DNA of 64,000 nt from Thermodesulfovibrionia bacterium. Lineage in GTDB: Bacteria > Nitrospirota > Thermodesulfovibrionia > UBA6902. Shown here one piece after another: positions 20,457 to 28,623 of the stretch (position 1 is the stretch's first letter; every line of letters begins with the position of its first letter). A program made the position numbers and the translations under genes. The notes under the pieces are model-generated. The model was given only the letters and a program-made list of their open reading frames with translations, was not told the DNA's origin and did no database searches. The DNA is taken from the NCBI GenBank assembly GCA_947259645.1, contig CAMYND010000012.1, positions 20,793-84,792 on the forward strand, read 5' to 3'.

Positions 20457-21110
20457 ATGAAAGCAGCATGCATCTTCCTGGCAGGCTTATTTCTTCTTGC
20501 AGGATGTGCCGCATCTCCTGACAGGCAGAGATTGGCAGAACTGGTTGACACAGGCACGATGAATTTTGAGAAAGGTCTGTATGATCGTGCCATGCAGAAT
20601 TATGATGAGGCGCTTCAGATTGATCCAGATCAGGCGCAGGCATACAATGATAAGGGGAATATCTATTTCCTCAAGGGTGAATATAACCGTGCCATAGAGG
20701 CATACCAGAAGGCCATAGATATTGATCCCGGTTATGCAAAAGCCTATAACAATCTCGGTTATTCATATTTTGAAAAGGAGAATTTTGACATCGCTATAAA
20801 GGAGTTTACCCATGCCATAGACAAGAATCCCGCCTACGCCAAGGCTTTTAACAATCGTGGGCTCGTCTATTTTGCAAAAGGTGAATATGATCGCGCTGTC
20901 CATGACTATAACAGGGCGATAGCTTTGGACCCCAGCCTTGCCAAGCCCTATGACAACAGGGGAGCCGTTTATATGATGACCGGTCAGCCTGAAAAGGCAT
21001 GCCCTGACTTTATCCGCGCCTGCGAACTGGGAGATTGTTCAAGCATTGAATGGCTTCAGGACAGCGGGCACTGCAATTATGAGTTCCTGGCCATGAACAG
21101 GCACAACTAA
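20457..21110 (+). CDS. TPR-repeat lipoprotein
   Basis: Lipobox LAGC after the ATG at 20457; 4-5 TPR units (AYNDKG, AYNNLG, AFNNRG). Confidence 0.85.
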   Translation: MKAACIFLAGLFLLAGCAASPDRQRLAELVDTGTMNFEKGLYDRAMQNYDEALQIDPDQAQAYNDKGNIYFLKGEYNRAIEAYQKAIDIDPGYAKAYNNLGYSYFEKENFDIAIKEFTHAIDKNPAYAKAFNNRGLVYFAKGEYDRAVHDYNRAIALDPSLAKPYDNRGAVYMMTGQPEKACPDFIRACELGDCSSIEWLQDSGHCNYEFLAMNRHN

Positions 21111-21195
21111 CAGCCTGCAAAAGAGCCTGTCAGACCTTTCTGCCTCATAAAATAGTTTGAAGCTACCTCAGCACCTTTTTTATTACCCCTTTTTG

Positions 21196-21223
21196 TTAAG
21201 TTTTCACCTTTTTATTCCGATAG
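21196..21223 (+). promoter_or_regulatory. sigma28 (FliA)-type promoter
   Basis: TAAGTTTT-N11-TCCGATAG versus the consensus TAAAGTTT-N11-GCCGATAA; upstream of the HD-GYP gene. Confidence 0.55.
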
Positions 21224-21263
21224 TAAAAATCAGGCATTTGTTGAACTGTTCTTCTAAGATCAG

Positions 21264-23210
21264 TTGTTGCTGCGCAAGGGGAAGCTTTTGAGAAACATAT
21301 CGGATTATTTAGGAAATTACAATTACGAGAAAACTGACACAGGTCATCATCTTCATAAAAGCACAGCAAATAAAAAAGTAAAATCATCCCCTGCCAAACT
21401 TCAGCGCCTCTTCGCGACCCTGACACTGATTATCGTAGCTCAGGCTGTTGCCGCGTCAGTTATAATAGTGCTCAACATTGATACAATATCGCAGGTGCTC
21501 ATGGTGTACTCAGCTCTGTTGACGCTGAGCCTGGTGCCGGGTCTCTATATTCTTTTCTTCAGAGAGAGTACAAAAGGCGCTCATAATTTTAAAAAGGCCG
21601 AGACTCTTAATGATTCTCAAAATCACGGGGCCGGATCCAGTAAAAAGACTCATATCAGCGCAACCCGGAATGAGACTCTGGGCAGCAGTAATAAACAGTT
21701 CAAGAGTGCTGATGCATTTATGTCGGACTCCTTAATGGAATGGGAGTACATCTTTGATGCCATGCCGGAAGCGATTACTGTGCATGACAGAGATTACAAT
21801 ATTATCAAGGCAAACAGCACAGCAAAAAAAATATTAAAATTGCCTTCATTAAACGGGGACCCGGTCAAGTGTTATAAGTACTATCATGGGGGAGGCAATC
21901 CCCACAAGGCCTGTCCCTCCTGTAAGTGTATTGAGATTCGGGAACTGGTCAGCTTTGAGGTTTTTGAACCTCACTTTAACCGTTATATTGAGATATCGAC
22001 TGTGCCCCGGTATGACAGGGCCGGCAGGTTCACCGGAATACTCCATGTAACAAAAGATATTTCTCATCGGAAGGACGCGGAGGTGCTGATCCAGCAGCAG
22101 ATCAAGCGGCTTGCTATCTCCAATTTTATTGACAGAGCGATAGCCGCCAATCTTAACCTGAACTCAATTCTACATATATTGACTGACCTGATAATGCGCC
22201 ACCTCGAAATTGATGCTGCTGATGTGCTCCTGCTGAACAAGGAGACAAAAATGCTGAGACACACGGCCGGTAAAGGGTTTCGTGCAAAAGGACTGATCCA
22301 TACAGAACTGAGACTCAGGGATAGCCTTGCAGGTCTGGCAGCGATCGAACGACGGACTGTGACTGTTCCTGATCTCTTGAAAAAAGGAGCTGATTTTGAA
22401 AGTTTCAGGGATTCTTCATTAGATAAATTCGTATCATACGTCGCTGTTCCCCTTATTGCGAAAGATGAAGTGCAGGGAGTCCTGGAGCTCTTTCACAGAT
22501 CTACACTGGACCCTGAATCAGAGTGGATAGAATTTCTGGAAAATATTGCCAGCCAGGCCGCAATCGCGATAGATAATGCTGCAATGGTGAACAACCTCGA
22601 GCGATCAAAGAATGAGCTGGTTAATGCCTATGATAGTACAATAGTCGGGTGGTCCCATGCACTGGACATGAGGGATAAGGAAACAGAAGGCCATTCCAGA
22701 CGAGTGGCAGAGATGACCGTTCGCATAGCAAAAGAGATCGGGATTCAAGATAAGGATCTCATTCATATCAGGAGGGGGGCCTTTTTGCATGATATCGGAA
22801 AAATGGCGATCCCGGACAGTATTCTTCTAAAGCCGGCCCGCCTTACACCTGAGGAACGGAAAGTTATGGAACATCATACGGTTTACGCGATGAATATGAT
22901 TAAAGATATCGAGTATCTCCACCCCTCTTTGGATATCCCCCTTAACCACCATGAAAAGTGGAATGGAGAAGGCTATCCAAGACAGCTCAAAGAGACTGAA
23001 ATACCTGTGGCAGCAAGAATATTTGCAATCGTTGATGTATGGGATGCCCTCTCATCAGACCGTCCTTACAGGGCAGCATGGTCCCGTGAGAAGGTCCTCA
23101 ACTATATTCGGGATGAAGCAGGAAAACACTTTGATCCGAGGATGGTTGATGTTTTCATGAAAGTTCTTAACAGCGACTATATTGATGAAGCGGAAAAGAA
23201 GACTGGCTAA
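21264..23210 (+). CDS. Membrane-anchored PAS-GAF-HD-GYP c-di-GMP phosphodiesterase
   Basis: Two TM helices, PAS (FDAMPEAI, Cys-rich CPSCKC), GAF, HSRRV / LHDIGK / HHEKWNGEGYP; exact start uncertain. Confidence 0.9.
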   Translation: MLLRKGKLLRNISDYLGNYNYEKTDTGHHLHKSTANKKVKSSPAKLQRLFATLTLIIVAQAVAASVIIVLNIDTISQVLMVYSALLTLSLVPGLYILFFRESTKGAHNFKKAETLNDSQNHGAGSSKKTHISATRNETLGSSNKQFKSADAFMSDSLMEWEYIFDAMPEAITVHDRDYNIIKANSTAKKILKLPSLNGDPVKCYKYYHGGGNPHKACPSCKCIEIRELVSFEVFEPHFNRYIEISTVPRYDRAGRFTGILHVTKDISHRKDAEVLIQQQIKRLAISNFIDRAIAANLNLNSILHILTDLIMRHLEIDAADVLLLNKETKMLRHTAGKGFRAKGLIHTELRLRDSLAGLAAIERRTVTVPDLLKKGADFESFRDSSLDKFVSYVAVPLIAKDEVQGVLELFHRSTLDPESEWIEFLENIASQAAIAIDNAAMVNNLERSKNELVNAYDSTIVGWSHALDMRDKETEGHSRRVAEMTVRIAKEIGIQDKDLIHIRRGAFLHDIGKMAIPDSILLKPARLTPEERKVMEHHTVYAMNMIKDIEYLHPSLDIPLNHHEKWNGEGYPRQLKETEIPVAARIFAIVDVWDALSSDRPYRAAWSREKVLNYIRDEAGKHFDPRMVDVFMKVLNSDYIDEAEKKTG

Positions 23211-23247
23211 CTAGTCAGGAGCAGCACATTCCCGGGTCCCCGGGGGT

Positions 23248-23892
23248 TTATGCCGCCAGTTTACGCAGGGCTTCAGATGCAAGTTCCCCGACCGTCATTT
23301 TGTTTAGGGTGCTGTTGCTGTAGAAGTCAAGTTCAGCACTGTCACTCATCAGGGTTTTCAATTTTATTTCTGCCCCCAGAGCTCCCAGTTCGCCAAGAGC
23401 ATAGGCTGCGTTCCCCCGAACATTCATGTCTTCAGAGTTCAGGGAGGAAACCAGAATCGGAATGGCATATCCTGCTGTTTCCTCATTTATCCTGCCGATT
23501 CTTCCCGTGGCCCAGAACGTTCCGGCGGTCAGCATCTTTTCCTCGTGGAATGAAACAATGATGGGCGCTATGTCAGCACAAAGGTGCGGATTATTTTTTA
23601 CAATTTCACCAAGCATCTCCGGAGCGCTCCAGCCAATCCCGCCGGACTCATCCCGAAGCATCCACAACAGGCGCCCGACAATGTTTCTCACTGTATCCGG
23701 ATCTGACTGCGCTATGTCCTTAGATAATACTCCTACAGCTTCAATGGCCCGCCACGCACGCTCTTTCTTTTTGTCGTAGGAGAGGGTAACAAGTATGTTT
23801 ACTATCTTGTGACTGGTGGCAGGAAGGCTGTGCAGCTGATCAAAGGCCCGCGTTTCAAGCAGGTGAATTATCTGTTTTTTTAAAGGCAGCAC
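23248..23892 (-). CDS. HEAT-repeat (DVU0298-like) protein
   Basis: RLLWMLRDESGGIGWSAPEMLGEI motif; VRGNAAYALGELG HEAT unit. Confidence 0.75.
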   Translation of the reverse strand: MLPLKKQIIHLLETRAFDQLHSLPATSHKIVNILVTLSYDKKKERAWRAIEAVGVLSKDIAQSDPDTVRNIVGRLLWMLRDESGGIGWSAPEMLGEIVKNNPHLCADIAPIIVSFHEEKMLTAGTFWATGRIGRINEETAGYAIPILVSSLNSEDMNVRGNAAYALGELGALGAEIKLKTLMSDSAELDFYSNSTLNKMTVGELASEALRKLAA

Positions 23893-23907
23893 GATAAGAA
23901 AGACCTT

Positions 23908-24114
23908 TCACTCGAAAATCAACTTAATCTCAGGCATCCTCTCACTGAAGGCAACACCAACGCAGTCGGTATCGCAGTCAGCGCAGGCGCCCACACAGCT
24001 GATGATTACGGTATTGCCCCTGATTTCAACGAGCTCCACAGAACTGTTATGGGCTTCCAGAAGCCAGTTTAAATTTTGGATAACTTCATTAACTCTTTTT
24101 TGAATATCGTTCAT
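23908..24114 (-). CDS. NifU C-terminal-like small Fe-S protein
   Basis: LEAHNSSVELVEI...CVGACADCDTDC resembles the NifU HGGDVEL...GACxxC motif, with extra Cys. Confidence 0.6.
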   Translation of the reverse strand: MNDIQKRVNEVIQNLNWLLEAHNSSVELVEIRGNTVIISCVGACADCDTDCVGVAFSERMPEIKLIFE

Positions 24115-24274
24115 AAAAGCGCTTGATAACAGATTCGGTGACGGCTGTTACGTCGGGTCTTCCTCTCAAATTATAGCTTTCGAACATGGCAATGTTCAAT
24201 ATGAGGATATACTGAAAAATGATTTATCCTGTGTAATGAGTTTGCCGGTCAAAATATTATGTAATCGAGATTTA

Positions 24275-25492
24275 TCAGCTGAACTTCCCGTGGTACTCTT
24301 TTACTTTTCTGGCAAAATCCTTCGCAAACTCATAACACTCTGATTCATCCTCCATGGATGGTCTTGACAGCACCTGCATCCCGGGCTCAACAACTTCAAG
24401 TTTCATTCTCTTGAACTCTTCGTAGGCTTCCTTTACTGCTCCGCCGCCCCATCCATAACTGCCAAATGCTCCGGTTATCCTGTTCTTTGGCCGAAGACCT
24501 CTGAGGTGAGTAAGAAATTCCGCAATTGATGGAAAAAGGATATTGTTCAGCGTGGGGCTGCCAATGAGACAACCTCGGGCCTTCCAGAACTCTTTTATCG
24601 CCTCGCTCATTGGAGAAGCCCTCAACTTAATGACTTTGCAATCAACACCTTCATCTTTTATCCCCTGCATAATCGGGATGGTCATTCTCTCCGTGCTGTG
24701 CCACATTGTGTCGTAAATAACAGCAATACTCAGGTTTGCCTTCCCATTAGCAAGATCGAGATACCTCTGTAAAATACCACCCGGATCTTTCCTCCAGATA
24801 ATACCGTGATCAGGGGCTATCATGTCTATTTCAAGACCGAGTTTCTGAACTTCAGCTATTTTCACCTTGATAAGCTGACCAAAGGGCATCAGAATGTTCG
24901 CGTAATAATCTACAACAGCGTCATCAAGCTCAGACCGTGAAGCACATTCTATAAATTCATCATCAAATCTGGACGCTGTAGCCAGGTGCTGTCCAAAGGC
25001 GTCCTGGGAAATAAGAAGTTTTGCTTCCTTAACATAAGTCATCATTGAGTCAGGCCAGTGGAGCATGGGTGTTTCAAGAAAGGTCAGCGTATATTTTCCG
25101 GTACTGATCGCGTCTCCTGTCTTAACAGTTTTAATATTCCATTTGGAGATATCAAACTGCTTCTCCAGGCCCTTTCGGCCTTTTTCTGTTATATAAATCG
25201 TTGCCTCAGGCGCAAGCTCCAATATTTTGTCAATGCTGCTTGCGTGGTCAGGTTCGATATGGTTGATGACCAGATTAGTGATTTTGGCCGGATCAGTAAT
25301 AGTGCGGATATTTTTTATGGTATGCCGTGAAAAGTCTGACTTTACCGTGTCTACAAGAGTGATCTGTTCATCCATGATCAGGAAGTTGTTGTAGGTTGTT
25401 CCGCTTGGTGTTACATACCCGTGAAAGTCACGTATTGCCCAGTCAATAGCACCTACCCAGTAAATATCAGGTTTAATCTCATATGATGTCAC
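24275..25492 (-). CDS. fprA: Flavodiiron protein (FprA/ROO; O2/NO reductase)
   Basis: GTTYN, NHIEPDH, LHWPD, QDAFGQH, PDHG, flavodoxin YDTMWHST and FGSYGWGG; GTG start at 25492 after GGAGGT. Confidence 0.93.
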   Translation of the reverse strand: MTSYEIKPDIYWVGAIDWAIRDFHGYVTPSGTTYNNFLIMDEQITLVDTVKSDFSRHTIKNIRTITDPAKITNLVINHIEPDHASSIDKILELAPEATIYITEKGRKGLEKQFDISKWNIKTVKTGDAISTGKYTLTFLETPMLHWPDSMMTYVKEAKLLISQDAFGQHLATASRFDDEFIECASRSELDDAVVDYYANILMPFGQLIKVKIAEVQKLGLEIDMIAPDHGIIWRKDPGGILQRYLDLANGKANLSIAVIYDTMWHSTERMTIPIMQGIKDEGVDCKVIKLRASPMSEAIKEFWKARGCLIGSPTLNNILFPSIAEFLTHLRGLRPKNRITGAFGSYGWGGGAVKEAYEEFKRMKLEVVEPGMQVLSRPSMEDESECYEFAKDFARKVKEYHGKFS

Positions 25493-25668
25493 AGTTACCT
25501 CCAGGTCAATAACTAAATTAATATTTGAACGTATAGTAAACCGCTGCAGAATAAAACTCAATTCAGATTCTGCACAATGTCAACTATATTATTAATGAGT
25601 ATAGCGAATCAATGATAAATATCATAGCAGACGTTGTGGTTCTCCTGCCACAATTAAAAGTATTACCA

Positions 25669-25953
25669 ATGGCAAAGGCACGGGTGCATCTAATAATTCA
25701 TGGATATGTACAAGGAGTGTTTTATCGCGCGAGCACCTGTGAGACAGCTCGAAGGCTCGGATTGAAGGGTTGGGTGAAAAACCTTCCTGACGGAAATGTT
25801 GAAGCCCTGTTTGAAGGGGACACGGTCAAACTCAATGAGATGATCCAGTGGTGCCGCAGCGGCCCGGCAGGTGCCCATGTCACTGACGTGGCTGAGAAGT
25901 GGCAGGACTTTAAGGGAGAATTCACTGAGTTTTCCATTGCTCACACCTTCTAG
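25669..25953 (+). CDS. acyP: Acylphosphatase
   Basis: GYVQGVFYR, GWVKNLPDGNVE, GPAGAHV. Confidence 0.92.
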   Translation: MAKARVHLIIHGYVQGVFYRASTCETARRLGLKGWVKNLPDGNVEALFEGDTVKLNEMIQWCRSGPAGAHVTDVAEKWQDFKGEFTEFSIAHTF

Positions 25954-26089
25954 ATTACCTTAGCTTTAGATCGTTATCCCTTTAATAAATAACTAAATAA
26001 AAACCTAAATCAGTTCTTGTCGTTTGATTTATTACGAATACCCATGACTTTTTATTGACAAGAGCCAGTGTGCAAATAGATAATATCTG

Positions 26090-27049
26090 ATGCTCGAAAC
26101 CGGATATTCATTGCACACCATTGACAGTATTCCAGATAAGAAGACCGCCCTGATCCTTTCTCAAGTAACGGGGGCCCAAATTTACGAATTATTTGCATCT
26201 GCCAACAGGGTACGGGACAAAAAAAGGGGCAACAGGGTCGATTTGTGCTCCATTATAAATGCAAAATCTGGTGCCTGCCCTGAGGACTGTTCTTTTTGCG
26301 CCCAGTCCGCGCATAACAAGTCAAAAGTGAATGTATACCCGCTCCTTAAGCGAGAGGAAATAATTAAGGCCGCACGATCTGCGAAAGAACATGGAGTAAA
26401 GCGGTTTTGTATTGTGACCAGCGGCAAGAAACCATCGAAGAAGGAGTTGAAGGAAATATCCAGATTTATTTCTGAAATCAGAGACCTGGGTCTTCTGCCC
26501 TGTGCCACGCTCGGTATGCTGGAAAAAGATGAGTTGATGCAGCTCAAAGATGCGGGCCTGAACCGGTATCATCACAATCTCGAAACATCGGAGACATTTT
26601 TCAGTGAAATATGCAGCTCTCATACCTACAAAGATAAAATAAGAACCATAGAAGGGGCCATTTCTTTGGGATTTTCTCTATGCAGCGGCGGAATTTTTGG
26701 ACTTGGTGAATCCTGGGAAGACCGGATTGATCTGGCCTTTGCCTTAAAAGATCTTGGTGTTGACTCAATACCAATTAATTTTTACACACCATATACTGCA
26801 TCAACCGAGAGCAGAGAGTATGCCTTGGGGCCGATGGAGGCGTTAACCATAATAGCCCTGTTCAGGCTGGTGCTTCCTGAGTGTCAAGTGAGAGTCTGCG
26901 GTGGCCGTCCCCAGACACTGCGCGACTTCGGTTCCCAGATATTTCTGGCCGGCGCGGATGCTCTCCTGATCGGAAACTATCTTACGACGTCCGGGCGAAA
27001 CCCGGCTGATGACCTCCAGATGATCCAAGACGCGGGGCTGGAAATATAA
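26090..27049 (+). CDS. bioB: Biotin synthase
   Basis: CSIINAKSGACPEDCSFCAQS, YHHNLET, CSGGIFG, GNYLTT. Confidence 0.95.
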   Translation: MLETGYSLHTIDSIPDKKTALILSQVTGAQIYELFASANRVRDKKRGNRVDLCSIINAKSGACPEDCSFCAQSAHNKSKVNVYPLLKREEIIKAARSAKEHGVKRFCIVTSGKKPSKKELKEISRFISEIRDLGLLPCATLGMLEKDELMQLKDAGLNRYHHNLETSETFFSEICSSHTYKDKIRTIEGAISLGFSLCSGGIFGLGESWEDRIDLAFALKDLGVDSIPINFYTPYTASTESREYALGPMEALTIIALFRLVLPECQVRVCGGRPQTLRDFGSQIFLAGADALLIGNYLTTSGRNPADDLQMIQDAGLEI

Positions 27050-27849
27050 TGTCACGGCGTTCATATTACAGTATCAGGATGAGATCTGGCAGGTCTCATT
27101 CACACGTTTCCGGGGCTGAAGGTATCTATGGCAAAGATGAGCTCAGCAACGTTGTAAAAGAATTTACGCAGCGGGCACTGACACACGATAAGGGCAGGGC
27201 TGATGAAATTCGTCTAACCGTTGAGGAACTAAAAGAGACCCCAAAGCGGATCTCTTCTTTACCGGTAGCAACCATTAATACCAGAAATGCAGAGGCAGCC
27301 ATGAAGGCCTCCCTTAAAATCCTTACTTCTGTTGGTATAACAGAACGTGCTGTGGAAGAAGCGTACAGGGCTATCAGTGCCGGGATAACAATGAGGGGCG
27401 CGATGTTAATGGACATCGAGGGCGTCAGGCTTGAACCAGATCTCCTGAGAGGCGTCAGGGTAACCCGGATGGGCATTACAAAGGCAGCATCCACGGACCT
27501 TGCCAGAAAACTGGGCAGACATGGGCTTAATAATAGCACAGTAAAGGAAGCTCTGATTCTTGCCAGCAAGGTCCACCGGTACCGCATGGTTCTTGGTGAG
27601 CTGTGCATCTCTGATGACCCATATTATACGACCGGTTATATTGCAACGCGTGCGCATGGATATGTCCGTCTTCCCCGCATTAAAAAAAGGGGGGTCCCCT
27701 TTGGCGGAAGGGCTTTTTTCATAACCGGGGGAGAGGTAAAAGACCTGATAAAGTACCTCCAGCAGACGCCTGTTTTGATCAATGAAATAAAGCCGTGTAC
27801 GGGCGCTGTTAAGTTAAAGGAAATGCTCCAGAGAAAATCCCGCAAATGA
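27049..27849 (+). CDS. bioW: 6-carboxyhexanoate (pimelate)-CoA ligase
   Basis: YSIRMR, HVSGAE, MRGA, EALILASKV, ELCISDDPYYTTGY; translationally coupled to bioB. Confidence 0.9.
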   Translation: MSRRSYYSIRMRSGRSHSHVSGAEGIYGKDELSNVVKEFTQRALTHDKGRADEIRLTVEELKETPKRISSLPVATINTRNAEAAMKASLKILTSVGITERAVEEAYRAISAGITMRGAMLMDIEGVRLEPDLLRGVRVTRMGITKAASTDLARKLGRHGLNNSTVKEALILASKVHRYRMVLGELCISDDPYYTTGYIATRAHGYVRLPRIKKRGVPFGGRAFFITGGEVKDLIKYLQQTPVLINEIKPCTGAVKLKEMLQRKSRK

Positions 27850-27919
27850 TCCTGATAATGGCACGGAACTCACGCCCTGTCTTTACTGAACGGTTTTCAG
27901 CATAATCTATACCCCATTC

Positions 27920-28447
27920 ATGGTAAAATTAAAAACCATGACACCCCTGGGTCACGCTTCAGTATCTTTTATATCAGGCAAGCTCGTTCGCTCTTTGTCC
28001 GTTCCTGCGGTAATTCTCGGTGGTGTTTTACCTGATATTGATTTTATTTTTATTTTCTTTAACTGGTTTAATCAGGTTCACCGGGTTATTACACATAATG
28101 TACTATTCCTTTTGTTCGCTTCGCCGGTCTCTTATATAATAGTTTCAAAGGGAAGAAAAGGGCCTGTAAGCCTAAGCATTTTTACCGGTGGTATGCTGCA
28201 CCTTTTGATTGACGCATGTATGGACAATAATCCCACAAACGGAATCGGCCTGACATTGATGTGGCCTTTTTCAGATACCTACTTTTCTCCCTTTAACTTA
28301 TTGACTCCATCAGCGAACAGTCAGGGATGGCAGAGACCTCTCCTCATGCTGAAAAGTATTCTTCCCAATATGCTTTTTGAAGTCCCTTTTTATTTTATTT
28401 CATTGTTTCTCATTATGCGTGAAAGAAGATCCCGTACCTTTGCATGA
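27920..28447 (+). CDS. YdjM-like metal-dependent membrane hydrolase
   Basis: GH, PDID, HRVITHN, HLLID and WPFS motifs. Confidence 0.8.
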   Translation: MVKLKTMTPLGHASVSFISGKLVRSLSVPAVILGGVLPDIDFIFIFFNWFNQVHRVITHNVLFLLFASPVSYIIVSKGRKGPVSLSIFTGGMLHLLIDACMDNNPTNGIGLTLMWPFSDTYFSPFNLLTPSANSQGWQRPLLMLKSILPNMLFEVPFYFISLFLIMRERRSRTFA

Positions 28448-28531
28448 TATTCATATTAGTCAAAAAAATTATAATATGTTGTAATTAAAGGAAATTAAGA
28501 TCTATTAGGATTGCAAATTAACCAATAACCA

Positions 28532-28553
28532 TTACTGATTTTACAATCAGTAA
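28532..28553. promoter_or_regulatory. Palindromic operator upstream of soeA
   Basis: Perfect 9-bp inverted repeat TTACTGATT-TTAC-AATCAGTAA, about 70 nt before the start. Confidence 0.5.
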
Positions 28554-28623
28554 ATATCTAGGCTAATATAGTTGTTCCTCTGTAACTCTAAATAGAATCA
28601 ATATAAATAACATTTCAGTTTCA

